Source of the DNA: Balanoglossus misakiensis
Taxonomy: Eukaryota; Animalia; Hemichordata
Direction of reading: 5' to 3'
Length of the DNA: 64,000 nt
NCBI GenBank assembly: GCA_040954595.2
Contig: CM082598.2
Span: 5,781,097 to 5,845,096, forward strand
This document shows positions 12,092 to 25,139 of this stretch, in pieces; the first letter of the stretch is position 1; the number at the start of each line of letters is the position of its first letter. The notes below the pieces were generated by a model. It did not search any database, was not told the origin of the DNA, and worked only from the letters and a program-made list of their open reading frames with translations. A program made the translations under genes and the position numbers.

Positions 12092-15000
12092 CAGCCAAGT
12101 TGAAGTTCATAGCAGTCAGTTATAATTGTCTATTTACACATTTTGTTTCTCATTAGTTTCAGATTTTCATGATGCCCAATATCCTCCTGTCCAGATGCCA
12201 AGTTGGTAACCAAGGTAACATGATTCCTATGGTGTGAGTATGCAAATTAATAGCTCATGGCTTGCAATCATGTGACATCTCCGTGTCGCTTGTGATTTCC
12301 TGGACACTTTGCCCTAGTCGCCTTGAAAGCAGAAACAACTGAGCACCCAACGAGAAATAATTATGGATTGGAGCCAAGTTGAAGTTCATAGCAGTCAGTT
12401 ATAATTGTCTATTTACACATTTTTTCTCATTAGTTTCAGATTTCCATGATGCCCAATATCCTCCAGTCCAGATGCCAAGTTGGTAACCAAGGTAACATGA
12501 TTCCTATTATGTGAGTATGCAACTTAATGGCTCATCGCTTGCAGTCACGTGACACCTCTGTGTCGTTTGTGTTTTCCTGGACACTTTGCCCTAGTCGTCT
12601 TGAAACCAGAAACAACTGAGCACCCAACGAGAAATAATTATGGATTGGAGCCAAGTTGAAGTTCATAGCAGTCAGTTATAATTGTCTATTAACACAATTT
12701 TTTCTCATTAGTTTCAGATTTCCATGATGCCCAATATCCTCCAGTCCAGATGCCAAGTTGGTAACCAGGTAACATAATTCCTATGGTGTGAGTATGCAAA
12801 TTAATTTTGTGTGACCAGCCATTCAAGTACATTACATCCCTAAACCACAATGAAAATCTGAATGTTACAAAAAGCCAAGATCTCTGGTTTGCAGTCATGT
12901 GACATCTCTTTATCTCTTGTGATTTCCTGGACAATTTGCCCTAGTCGTCTTGAAACCAGAAACAACTGAGCACCCAACGAGAAATAATTATGGATTGGAG
13001 CCAAGTTGAAGTTAACAGCAGTCAGTTATAATTGTCTCTTTACACAATTTTTTTCTCATTAGTTTCAGATTTCCATGATGCCCAATATCCTCCAGTCCAG
13101 ATGCCATGTTGGTAACCAAGGTAACATGATTCCTGTGGTGTGAGTATGCAAATTAATTTTGTGTGACCAGCCATTGAAGTACATTCTATCCCTAAACCAC
13201 AATGAAAATCTGAATGTCACAAAAAGCCAAGATCTCTGGTTTGCAGTCATGTGACATCTTTGTGTCTCTTGTGATTTCCTGGACACTTTGCCCTAGTCGT
13301 CTTGAAACCAGAAACAACTGAGCACCCAACGAGAAATAATTATGGATTGGAGCCAAGTTGCAGTCTGTAGCAGTCAGTTATAATTGTCTATTTACACAAT
13401 TTTTTCTCATTAGTTTCAGATTTCCATGATGCCAAATATCCTCCAGTCCAGATGCCAAGTTGGTAACCAGGTAACATGATTCCTATGGTGTGAGTATGCA
13501 AATTAATTTTGTGTGACCAGCCATTCAAGTACATTCTATCCCTAAACCACAATGAAAATCTGAATGTTACAAAAAGCCAAGATCTCTGGCTTGCAGTCAT
13601 GTGACATCTATGTGTCTCTTGTGTTTTCCTGGACAATTTGCCCTAGTCGTCTTGAAACCAGAAACAACTGAGCACCCAACAAGAAATAATTATGGATTGG
13701 AGCCAAGTTGAAGTTAACAGCAGTCAGTTATAATTGTCTCTTTACACAATTTTTTTCTCATTAGTTTCAGATTTCCATGATGCCCAATATCCTCCAGTCC
13801 AGATGCCATGTTGGTAACCAAGGTAACATGATTCCTGTGGTGTGAGTATGCAAATAAATTATGTGTGACCAGCCATTCAAGTACATTACATCCCTAAACC
13901 ACAATGAAAATCTGAATGTCACAAAATGCCTAGATCTCTGGCTTGCAATCATGTGACATCTCCGTGTCGCTTGTGATTTCCTGGACACTTTGCACTAGTC
14001 GCCTTGAAACCAGAAACAACTGAGCACCCAACGATAAATAATTATGGATTGGAGCCAAGTTGAATTTCCTAGAAGTCAGTTTTAATTGTCTATTTACTCA
14101 ATTTTTTTTCTCATTAGTTTCAGATTTCCATGATGCCAAATATCCTCCTGTCCAGATGCCAAGTTGGTAACCAAGGTAACATGATTCCTGTGGTGTGAGT
14201 ATGCAAATTAATGGCTCATGTCATGCAGTCATGTGACATCTCCATGTCTCTTGTGATTTCCTGGACACTTTGCCCTAGTCGCCTTGTAACCAGAAACAAC
14301 TGAGCACCCAACGAGAAATAATTATGTTGAATTTCATAGAAGTCAGTTTTAATTGTCTATTTACACCATTTTTTTCTCATTAGTTTCAGATTTCCATGAT
14401 GCCCAATATCCTCCTGTCCAGATGCCAAGTTGGTAACCAAGGTAACATGATTCCTGTTGTGTGAGTATGCAAATTAATGGCTCATGGCTTGCAGTCACGT
14501 GACATCTTTGTGTCGCTTGTGTTTTCCTGGACACTTTGCCCTAGTCGCCTTGAAACCAGCAACAACTGAGCACCCAACGAGAAATAATAATGGATTGGAG
14601 CCAAGTTGAAGTTCATAGAAGTCAGTTTTAATTGTCTATTTACACAATTTTTTTCTCATTAGTTTCAGATTTCCATGATGCCCAATATCCTCCAGTCCAG
14701 ATGCCAAGTTGGTAACCAAGGTAACATGATTCCTGTGGTGTGAGTATGCAAATTAATTTTGTGTGACCAGCCATTCAAGTACATTCCCTCCCTCAATGAA
14801 GATCTGAATGTAACAAAAAGCCTAGATCTCTGGCTTGCAGTCATGTGACATCTCCGTGTCTCTTGTGATTTCCTGGACACTTTGCCCTAGTCGCCTTGAA
14901 ACCAGAAACAACTGAGCACCCAACGAGAAATAATTATGTTGAATTTCATAGAAGTCAGTTTTAATTGTCTATTTACACCATTTTTTTCTCATTAGTTTCA

Positions 15001-16400
15001 GATTTCCATGATGCCCAATATCCTCCTGTCCAGATGCCAAGTTGGTAACCAAGGTAACATGATTCCTGTGGTGTGAGTATGCAAATTAATGGCTCATGGC
15101 TTGCAGTCACGTGACATCTCCGTGTCTCTTGTGATTTCCTGGACACTTTGTACTAGTCGCCTTGAAACCAGAAACAACTGAGCACCCAACGAGAAATAAT
15201 TATGGATTGGAGCCAAGTTGAAGTTCATAGCAGTCAGTTATTATTGTCTATTCACACAATTTTTTTCTCATTAGTTTCAGATTTCCATGATGCCCAATAT
15301 CCTCCTGTCCAGATGCCAAGTTGGTAACCAAGGTAACATGATTCCTATGGTGTGAGTATATGCAAATTAATTTTGTGTGACCAGTCATTCAAGTACATTC
15401 TATCCCTAAACCACAATGAAAATCTGAATGTCACAAAAAGCCAAGATCTCTGGCTTGCAGTCATGTGACATCTCCGTGTCGCTTGTGATTTCCTGGACAC
15501 TTTGCCCTAGTCGCCTTGAAACCAGAAACAACTGAGCACCCAACGAGAAATAATTATAGATTGGAGCCAAGTTGAAGTTCATAGCAGTCAGTTATTATTG
15601 TCTATTCACACAATTTTTTTCTCATTAGTTTCAGATTTCCATGATGCCCAATATCCTCCTGTCCAGATGCCAAGTTGGTAACCAAGGTAACATGATTCCT
15701 ATGGTGTGAGTATATGCAAATTAATTTTGTGTGACCAGTCATTCAAGTACATTCTATCCCTAAACCACAATGAAAATCTGAATGTCACAAAAAGCCAAGA
15801 TCTCTGGTTTGCAGTCATGTGACATCTATGTGTCTCTTGTGTTTTCCTGGACACTTTGCCCTAGTCGCCTTGAAACCAGAAACAACTGAGCACCCAACGA
15901 GAAATAATTATAGATTGGAGCCAAGTTGAAGTTCATAGCAGTCAGTTATAATTGTCTATTCACTCAATTTTTTTCTCATTAGTTTCAGATTTTCATGATG
16001 CCCAATATCCTCCAGTCCAGACACCAAACTGGTAACCAAGGTAACATGATTCCTGTGGTGTGAGTATGCAAATTAATGGCTCATGGCTTGCATTCATGTG
16101 ACATCTTTGTGTCGCTTGTGTTTTCCTGGACACTTTGCCCTAGTCGCCTTGAAACCAGAAACAACTGAGCACCCAACGAGAAATAATTATAGATTGGAGC
16201 CAAGTTGAAGTTCATAGCAGTCAGTTATAATTGTCTATTTACACATTTTTTTCTCATAAGTTTCAGATTTCCATGATGCATAATATCCTCCAGTCCAGAC
16301 GCCAAGTTGGTAACCAAGGTAACATGATTCCTGTGGTGTGGTGTGAGTATGCAAATTAAGTTTGTAGACCTACCAGCCATTGAAGTACCGGTACATTACA
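12092..16400 (+). repeat. Tandem array 2: 14 units in short (about 278 bp) and long (about 351 bp) forms, each with a 51/52-nt exon-like cassette
   Basis: ttttctcattagtttcag|ATTTCCATGATGCCC...GGTAACCAAG|gtaacatg begins at 12163, 12440, 12718, 13069, 13420, 13771, 14124, 14390, 14669, 15002, 15281, 15635, 15989 and 16267. Confidence 0.95.
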
Positions 16401-19400
16401 TTCATGAAAACAGGTGATCATCTCTGTCCATAGATATTTTTTACCCACTATGTTGTTTGACACAGAAATACTTATTGGTGTATTTTTCATTTTTTGCAGA
16501 AAGGGGTATCTAACTGTTGATCAACATCTGCCAAACTAGATGTGTATGGTTTCTCTCTGGTGATCAACATCGATCTGTCGAACTAGATGTGTGTACATGC
16601 CTGTATTGCAGCCAAGTGGTGTCTGAGGGTAACTTAAGATAATTCTTGTTCTTCAAAAGATTTTGTGGACCCCATAGATGACAGCATAGAATTCAATTAC
16701 TCATTTTGGATGGCGGAGTGTGACTTATTGTATTGTCCATCCTGGAGATTATCCATACATTTTACTGTCATGTTTTTTGACACTAAAATTCTTTTCTCAT
16801 ATTTTCCATTTTTGTAGATAATGGTTTCTCTCTGGTGATCAACATCGATCTGTCGAACTGGATGTGTGTACATGCCTGTATTGCAGCCAAGTGGTGTCTG
16901 AGGGTAACATAAGATAATTCTTGTTCTTCTAAAGATTTCCTAGACCACCATGGATGACAGCATAGAATTTAATTGCTCATTTTGGAGGGCCGTGTGTGAC
17001 TTATTGTATTGTCCAGCTAGATCATCTGTCCGTACATTTTACTGTCATGTTTTTTGACACTAAAATACTTTGTCATATTTTCCATTTTTGTAGATAATGG
17101 TTTCTCTCTGGTGATCAACATCGATCTGTCGAACTGGATGTGTGTACATGCCTGTATTGCAGCCAAGTGGTGTCTGAGGGTAACATAAGATAATTATTGC
17201 TCTTGTAAGATTTCCTTTACCCATAGATGACAGCATAGAATTTAATTGCTCATTTTGGAGGGCCGTGTGTGACTTATTGTATTGTCCAGCTAGGAGATTA
17301 TCCTTACATTTTACTGTCATGTTTTTTGACACTAAAATACTTTGTCATATTTTCCATTTTTGTAGATAATGGTTTCTCTCTGGTGATCAACATTGATCTG
17401 TCGAACTGGATGTGTGTACATGCCTGTATTGCAGCCAAGTGGTGTCTGAGGGTAACATAATATAATTCTTGTTCTTCTAAAGATTTCCTAGACCACCATG
17501 GATGACAGCATAGAATTTAATTGCTTATTTAGGATGGCAGAGTGTGACTTATTGTACATGTATTGTCCAGCTAGGAGATTATCCATACATTTTACTGTCA
17601 TGTTTTTTGACACTAAAATTCTTTATCATATTTTCCATTTTTGCAGATAATGGTTTCTCTCTGGTGATCAACATTGATCTGTCGAACTGGATGTGTGTAC
17701 ATGCCTGTATTGCAGCCAAGTGGTGTCTGAGGGTAACATAATATAATTCTTGTTCTTCTAAAGATTTCCTAGACCACCATGGATGACAGCATAGAATTTA
17801 ATTGCTCATTTTGGAGGGCCGTGTGTGACTTATTGTATTGTCCAGCTAGGAGATTATCCATACACTTTACTGCCATGTTTTTGACACTAAAATAATTTGT
17901 TATATTTTCTATTTTTGCAGATAATGGTTTCTCTCTGGTGATCAACATCGATCTGTCGAACTGGATGTGTGTACATGCCTGTATTGCAGCCAATTGGTGT
18001 CTGAGGGTAACATAAGATAATTCTTTTTCTTCTCAAGATTTCCTAGACCCCATAGATGACAGCATAGAATTTAATTGCTCATTTTGGAGGGCAGTGTGTG
18101 ACTTATAGTATTGTCCATCCAGGAGATCATCTGTCTATAAATTTGACTGTCATGTTTTTTGACACTAAAATTCTTTATCATATTTTCCATTTTTGCAGAT
18201 AATGGTTTCTCTGTGGTGATCAACATCGATCTGTCGAACTGGATGTGTGTACATGCCTGTATTGCAGCCAAGTGGTGTCTGAGGGTAACATAAGATAATT
18301 CTTGTTCTCCTAAAGATTTCGTGGACCCCATAGATGACAACATAGAATTTAATTGCTTATTTTGGAGGGCCTTGTTTGACCGTTGACTGTTGTATTGTCC
18401 ATGAAGACAGAAGATCATCTCTGTCCATAGATACATTTCACGGTTGTGCTGTTTGACACAGAAATAGTTATTGTCATATTTTCCGTTTTTGCAGATAATG
18501 GTTTCTCTCTGGTGATCAACATCGATCTGTCGAACTAGATGTGTGTACATGCCTGTATTGCAGCCAAGTGGGGTCTGAGGGTAACTTAAGATAATTCTTG
18601 TTCTCCTAAAGATTTCCTAGACCCTATAGATGACAGCATAGAATTTAATTGCACATTTTGGAGGGCAGTGTGTGACTTATTGTATTGTCGAGCTAGGAGA
18701 TCATCTGTCCGTACATTTTACTGCCACGTGTTTTGACACTAAAAAATTTGCATATTTTCCATTTTTGCAGATAATGGTTTCTCTCTGGTGATCAACATCG
18801 ATCTGTCGAACTGGATGTGTGTACATGCCTGTATTGCAGCCAAGTGGTGTCTGAGGGTAACATAAGATAATTCTTGTTCTTCTAAAGATTTCCTAGACCC
18901 CCATGGATGACAGCATAGAATTTAATTGCACATTTTGGAGGGCAGTGTGTGACTTATTGTATTGTCGAGCTAGGAGATCATCTGTCCGTACATTTTACTG
19001 CCATGTGTTTTGACACTAAAAAATTTGCATATTTTCCATTTTTGCAGATAATGGTTTCTCTCTGGTGATCAACATCGATCTGTCGAACTGGATGTGTGTA
19101 CATGCCTGTATTGCAGCCAAGTGGTGTCAGAGGGTAACTTAAGATATTCTTGTTCTTCTAAAGATTTCCTAGACCCTATAGATGACAGCATAGAATTTCA
19201 TTGCTCAGGCCCTTGTACAACGTATTGTATTGTTCATGAAGACAGGGGATCATCTCTGTCCATAGATACATTTGGCCGTGCTGTTTGACACAGAAATACT
19301 TATTGGCATATTTTTCATTTTTGCAGATAACAGTCACTGGTCCCTGTGATGAGTAACGTCTATCAACATAGATCTGTCCACGCTTGGACCGGTATAGCCG

Positions 19401-19420
19401 CCAAGCACTTCAAAGGTAAC
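16400..19420 (+). repeat. Tandem array 3: about 275-bp unit, 11 copies, each with an 86-nt-type exon-like cassette
   Basis: attttccatttttgyag|ATAATGGTTTCTC...TCTGAGG|gtaac begins at 16818, 17094, 17366, 17647, 17921, 18199, 18495, 18771 and 19048; an extended copy lies at 16500 and a diverged copy at 19327. Confidence 0.95.
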
Positions 19421-20810
19421 ATAGCATTAACCTTACGGGCCACTGATAATAAAAGTCAATGCATTCCTTCATTTTACTTGATAACGAGCCCCTCCCCCTC
19501 CCCCCCTCGAAATGCTCCTATACACATCCATATTATATAAAAACACTGGAAGTGCATATGGCCGGTATATACTGTGTGCTTCAGTAGGAATAAATATTCC
19601 AGCAATGTATGATGAACTGGATCTGATTTTAAAGCATTTATGCCCAAGTTGAGCTGGCGTTTCTACTTATTCATAACCGCTGTACAGAGAGGATTGAGTC
19701 AACACCATACACGGAATACTGCAACTGATGTCAAATCCATCCTATTACTTTCTGTTCCAATATACATTCAACCAGTTCATTGCCTGGTGAAAAACAGCAG
19801 ATTCTTTAACTTGTAGTTTCGCGGACTTCAATTCACTCTTTTGACGTGGGCTTAATCTTCATTTGGTAGAGTTTTAAGGGAGTGTCACACCACTATTACT
19901 ATTACATATAGTGATCAAGAAATGACCTGATCAGATTTTGACACATCCTGGGCCCCTTTTTAACCCATGTTCAGTGTTTGACAGGAGCATATTTTTGTTT
20001 CTGTGTGAAAGATGAATGTCTCTTATTTGCTGTAATCAATCAATCAATACAAGGTGAGTGTTATGTCGTCTTCCTGTGTCTAGGCAAGAAGAGGATACAT
20101 GTATGAATGCAGAAGCCCCAGTGAATCGGATGCAGGGACAAGTTTCCTTCCAAGGACAAGATGACTTTCTTTTACTGACTTGGATTCCATCGTCATTGCA
20201 AGAATAGAACTTCTCCCATGGGTTCAAATTGAACATTGATCCACCCCTACCTCAGTTATATGATCTGTATTTCAAATGTATTATTCTGATAGCATTTTTT
20301 GTTGTAATTGTGTCAGAGAGAGAGATGGGGGAGCAGGTGAAAACTAAATTGTACACTTCAGTATGCCAACACTGCTAAATTATCACCATGATTTTTTCAG
20401 CAAAACCTGAAGGTTGTTGAATCCTATAGGCACAATAAGCATTGCGCGTAACAAGCACTTAGTGTAAATTTGCGTTAATTGCACAGGGTACAGCAGCCTT
20501 CAGGTGTTTACCGTTTAGCTTTGTAGTATAATTGCACCCACATATAAAGAAAAAGTCAAGTTAAGATATTAAAGCTGAATGTTAAACAGAATATAAAGGG
20601 ATTACAGCTGTATTAGTCCTGTATTGATACAGAAAGCAAATATGAACAGTTAACCAACATTGAAAATTGTTTGACTTGCTCTCTCTCTCTCTCTATAAAC
20701 TTGGACGGTCATTTTTCCATAATGTACTGGATATAGGCATGATTTACTAGTATTGAACATTTTGAAAGTATGAATTGGCAATGCAAAAGAAACATGTGCC
20801 AATCAATCTG

Positions 20811-21088
20811 TTCATTTATTCATTCATTCATTCATTCATTTTTTCATTCATTCATTTTTTCATTCATTCATTCATTCATTCATTCATTCATTCATTCATT
20901 CATTCATTCATTCATTCGTTCATTCATTCATTTATTTACTCGTTCATTCATTCATTTATTTATTTATTTGTGTCGGTGTATGTTTGCATGTACCCGGGTA
21001 TGTATGTATGTATGTCTGTAGTATGTATGTATTTATTTATGTATGTATTTATGTATTTATGTATGTATGTATATGTATGTATGTATTG

Positions 21089-21124
<36 letters not shown>

Positions 21125-21146
21125 TGTATGTATGTATGTATGTATG
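20811..21146. repeat. (TTCA)n followed by (TATG)n tetranucleotide microsatellites
   Basis: Direct reading of the sequence. Confidence 0.95.
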
Positions 21147-24100
21147 CGTGTTTGAATATTTTCAACATTTTTGGATGTCTCAGAGTACTCTCTCATCACA
21201 TTTTGGCCTCTGTGTTGCAGTGGTTGGGTGTCTGTGACTACTCTCTCGTCACATTTTGGCCTCTGTGTTTGCCGTGGTCGTGTTTTCGAATTCTTATTCG
21301 AATTGTCAGTATTTTTGGGTGTCTGTGACTACTCTCTCGTCACATTCTGGCCTCTGTGTTTGCCCTGGTTGTGTTTTCGAATTCTTATTCGAATTGTCAA
21401 CATTGTTGGGTGTCTGTGACTACTCTCTCGTCACATTCTGGCCTCTGTGTTTGCCGTGGTTGTGTTTTCGAATTCTTATTCGAATTGTCAACATTGTTGG
21501 GTGTCTGTGACTACTCTCTCGTCACATTCTGGCCTCTGTGTTTGCCGTGGTTGTGTTTTCGAATTCTTATTCGAATTGTCAACATTGTTGGGTGTCTGTG
21601 ACTACTCTCTCGTCACATTCTGGCCTCTGTGTTTGCCGTGGTTGTGTTTTCGAATTCATATTCGAATTGTCGACATTTTTGGGTGTCTGTGACTACTCTC
21701 TCGTCACATTCTGGCCTCTGTGTTTGCCCTGGTTGTGTTTTCGAATTCTTATTCGAATTGTCAGCATTTTTGGGTGTCTGTGACTACTCTCTCGTCACAA
21801 TCTGGCCTCTGTGTTTGCCGTGGTTGTGTTTTCGAATTCTTATTCGAATTGTCAACATTGTTGGGTGTCTGTGACTACTCTCTCGTCACATTCTGGCCTC
21901 TGTGTTTGCCCTGGTTGTGTTTTCGAATTCATATTCGAATTGTCGACATTTTTGGGTGTCTGTGACTACTCTCTCGTCACATTCTGGCCTCTGTGTTTGC
22001 CCTGGTTGTGTTGTCGAATTCTTATTCGAATTGTCGACATTTTTGGGTGTCTGTGACTACTCTCTCGTCACATTCTGGCCTCTGTGTTTGCCGTGGTTGT
22101 GTTTTCGAATTCATATTCGAATTGTTGACATTTTTGGGTGTCTGTGACTACTCTCTCGTCACATTCTGGCCTCTGTGTTTGCCGTGGTTGTGTTTTCGAA
22201 TTCATATTCGAATTGTCGACATTTTTGGGTGTCTGTGACTACTCTCTCGTCACATTCTGGCCTCTGTGTTTGCCGTGGTTGTGTTTTCGAATTCATATTC
22301 GAATTGTCGACATTTTTGGGTGTCTGTGACTACTCTCTCGTCACATTCTGGCCTCTGTGTTTGCCCTGGTTGTGTTGTCGAATTCTTATTCGAATTGTCG
22401 ACATTTTTGGGTGTCTGTGACTACTCTCTCGTCACATTCTGGCCTCTGTGTTTGCCGTGGTTGTGTTTTCGAATTCATATTCGAATTGTCGACATTTTTG
22501 GGTGTCTGTGACTACTCTCTCGTCACATTCTGGCCTCTGTGTTTGCCCTGGTTGTGTTTTCGAATTCTTATTCGAATTGTCAACATTGTTGGGTGTCTGT
22601 GACTACTCTCTCGTCACATTCTGGCCTCTGTGTTTGCCGTGGTTGTGTTTTCGAATTCTTATTCGAATTGTCAACATTGTTGGGTGTCTGTGACTACTCT
22701 CTCGTCACATTCTGGCCTCTGTGTTTGCCGTGGTTGTGTTTTCGAATTCTTATTCGAATTGTCAACATTGTTGGGTGTCTGTGACTACTCTCTCGTCACA
22801 TTCTGGCCTCTGTGTTTGCCGTGGTTGTGTTTTCGAATTCATATTCGAATTGTCGACATTTTTGGGTGTCTGTGACTACTCTCTCGTCACATTCTGGCCT
22901 CTGTGTTTGCCCTGGTTGTGTTTTCGAATTCTTATTCGAATTGTCAGCATTTTTGGGTGTCTGTGACTACTCTCTCGTCACAATCTGGCCTCTGTGTTTG
23001 CCGTGGTTGTGTTTTCGAATTCTTATTCGAATTGTCGACATTGTTGGGTGTCTGTGACTACTCTCTCGTCACATTCTGGCCTCTGTGTTTGCCGTGGTTG
23101 TGTTTTCGAATTCATATTCGAATTGTCGACATTTTTGGGTGTCTGTGACTACTCTCTCGTCACATTCTGGCCTCTGTGTTTGCCCTGGTTGTGTTGTCGA
23201 ATTCTTATTCGAATTGTCGACATTTTTGGGTGTCTGTGACTACTCTCTCGTCACATTCTGGCCTCTGTGTTTGCCGTGGTTGTGTTTTCGAATTCATATT
23301 CGAATTGTCGACATTTTTGGGTGTCTGTGACTACTCTCTCGTCACATTCTGGCCTCTGTGTTTGCCGTGGTTGTGTTTTCGAATTCATATTCGAATTGTC
23401 GACATTTTTGGGTGTCTGTGACTACTCTCTCGTCACATTCTGGCCTCTGTGTTTGCCCTGGTTGTGTTTTCGAATTCCTATTAGAATTGTCGACATTTTT
23501 GGGTGTCTGTGACTACTCTCTCGTCACATTCTGGCCTCTGTGTTTGCCCTGGTTGTGTTTTCGAATTCCTATTAGAATTGTCGACATTTTTGGGTGTCTA
23601 TGACTACTCTCTCGTCACATTCTGGCCTCTGTGTTTGCCGTGGTCGTGTTTTCGAATTCATATTCGAATTGTCAACATTTGTGGGTGTCTGTGACTACTC
23701 TCTCGTCACATTCTGGCCTCTGTGTTTGCCGTGGTTGTGTTTTCGAATTCCTATTAGAATTGTCGACATTTTTGGGTGTCTGTGACTACTCTCTCGTCAC
23801 ATTCTGGCCTCTGTGTTTGCCGGTTGTGTTTTCGAATTCCTATTAGAATTGTCGACATTTTTGGGTGTCTGTGACTACTCTCTCGTCACATTCTGGCCTC
23901 TGTGTTTGCCCTGGTTGTGTTTTCGAATTCCTATTAGAATTGTCGACATTTTTGGGTGTCTGTGACTACTCTCTCGTCACATTCTGGCCTCTGTGTTTGC
24001 CCTGGTTGTGTTTTCGAATTTCTATTAGAATTGTCGACATTTTTGGGTGTCTGTGACTACTCTCTCGTCACATTCTGGCCTCTGTGTTTGCCGTGGTTGT

Positions 24101-24285
24101 GTTTTCGAATTCTTATTCGAATTGTCAGTATTTTTGGGTGTCTGTGACTACTCTCTCGTCACATTCTGGCCTCTGTGTTTGCCGTGGTTGTGTTTTCGAA
24201 TTCATATTCGAATTGTCGACATTTTTGGGTGTCTGTGACTACTCTCTCGTCACATTTTGCCTCTGTGTTTGCCGTGGTTGTATTC
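21147..24285. repeat. Tandem array 4: 91-bp minisatellite, about 34 copies, with a 13-mer (1183-bp) higher-order duplication
   Basis: Unit tgtgactactctctcgtcacattctggcctctgtgtttgccgtggttgtgttttcgaattcttattcgaattgtcgacatttttgggtgtc. ORF starts step by 91, and rare variants recur 1183 bp apart. Confidence 0.98.
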
Positions 24286-25139
24286 TTTCCGCTCCTGGGA
24301 TGTTTTTGGTCATCTGATGAAGCTGGTTCTCTACAAGAATCCCAAGATTGCAGTCCGTCTTCAAGCAATTTATCTTTTTGCGCGCTCTCTACACTTGCAG
24401 AAGAAGAAGTCCCCCAAGATTGCAGTCCATCTTCAAGCAATTTATGTTTTTGCGCGCGCGCGCGTCTGTCGCTCTCTCCGTTGTACTTTCCCATATTATA
24501 AATAAAAAATTTGGTATGTATGTATGTGTGTGCATTTTAAAATTTTTCGGATTATATTATCTGTCTGCATGTGTTCTTTTTCCTTATTTTCTAGGGTATG
24601 TCTTTAATGAATTTTTTCCAATGGCTATAACAGATGAGAAGGTTTCAATTGCAATATGTTTTGATAATACTATAGTTTAGCATGACAAACTTGATTTCAT
24701 GATGAGCAAAAAATTACACTAAATACTTCAAGTCCAGTAAAACTTGCAATAGATCCTTCAAGTCCAGTGTAGTTTCCTGGGATCAGTTCATTAGTTGGGT
24801 TTTTTTTGTGTGTGTAGTGTTCAACAGTTTTATTGCATTTCTATTTTATTGGTCATGTCTTGCCCACTGAGTCTGTCGATAATAGATTTTCCCCACATTG
24901 CTAGCGAGTCCCACACAACGACGGCCCCAATCAACAGACACAGTGCGCAAGTGGGTTCACTTTAATATTACCTTAGTTTATGATTTTGCTTTTACTTAAT
25001 ACATAATTTACATAAATACTTTACATAATAAAGTATTTTTATATCACACTTTTAATGTGTTTGCATTGTTGCATGCATATGCATTGTGTGAGTGCTAGGT
25101 TTATAGTGCTTTGATTTTTGATGAATATTTTTCTTTTTA

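Larger units (their letters stand above)
2350..24506 (+). ncRNA. Putative multi-exon spliced transcript (lncRNA or short-peptide gene) spanning the tandem arrays
   Basis: CpG-rich segment ending in a donor |gtgagt at 2845/2846; exon-like segment 4253-4352; microexon 10938-10957 (actaac..ttttttccag| |gtaatt); repeated exon cassettes 12163-16318 and 16500-19415; AATAAA at 24501. No recognisable protein, and the boundaries are speculative. Confidence 0.35.

Noticed and set aside
12689-14880. Repeated minus-strand ORFs MSRKSQE...
   Set aside because: Present only in long units, frames vary between copies, and the splice signals are on the opposite strand.
21280-21310. TTCGAATTC motifs as heat-shock elements
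   Set aside because: Spacing does not fit the nGAAnnTTCn pentamer arrangement.
21171-24317. Dozens of overlapping 81-aa Cys-rich ORFs; superficial CRISPR-like periodicity
   Set aside because: Artefact of a 91-bp unit (not a multiple of 3) with one TGA per unit. Units are contiguous with no unique spacers, there are no cas genes, and the context is eukaryotic.
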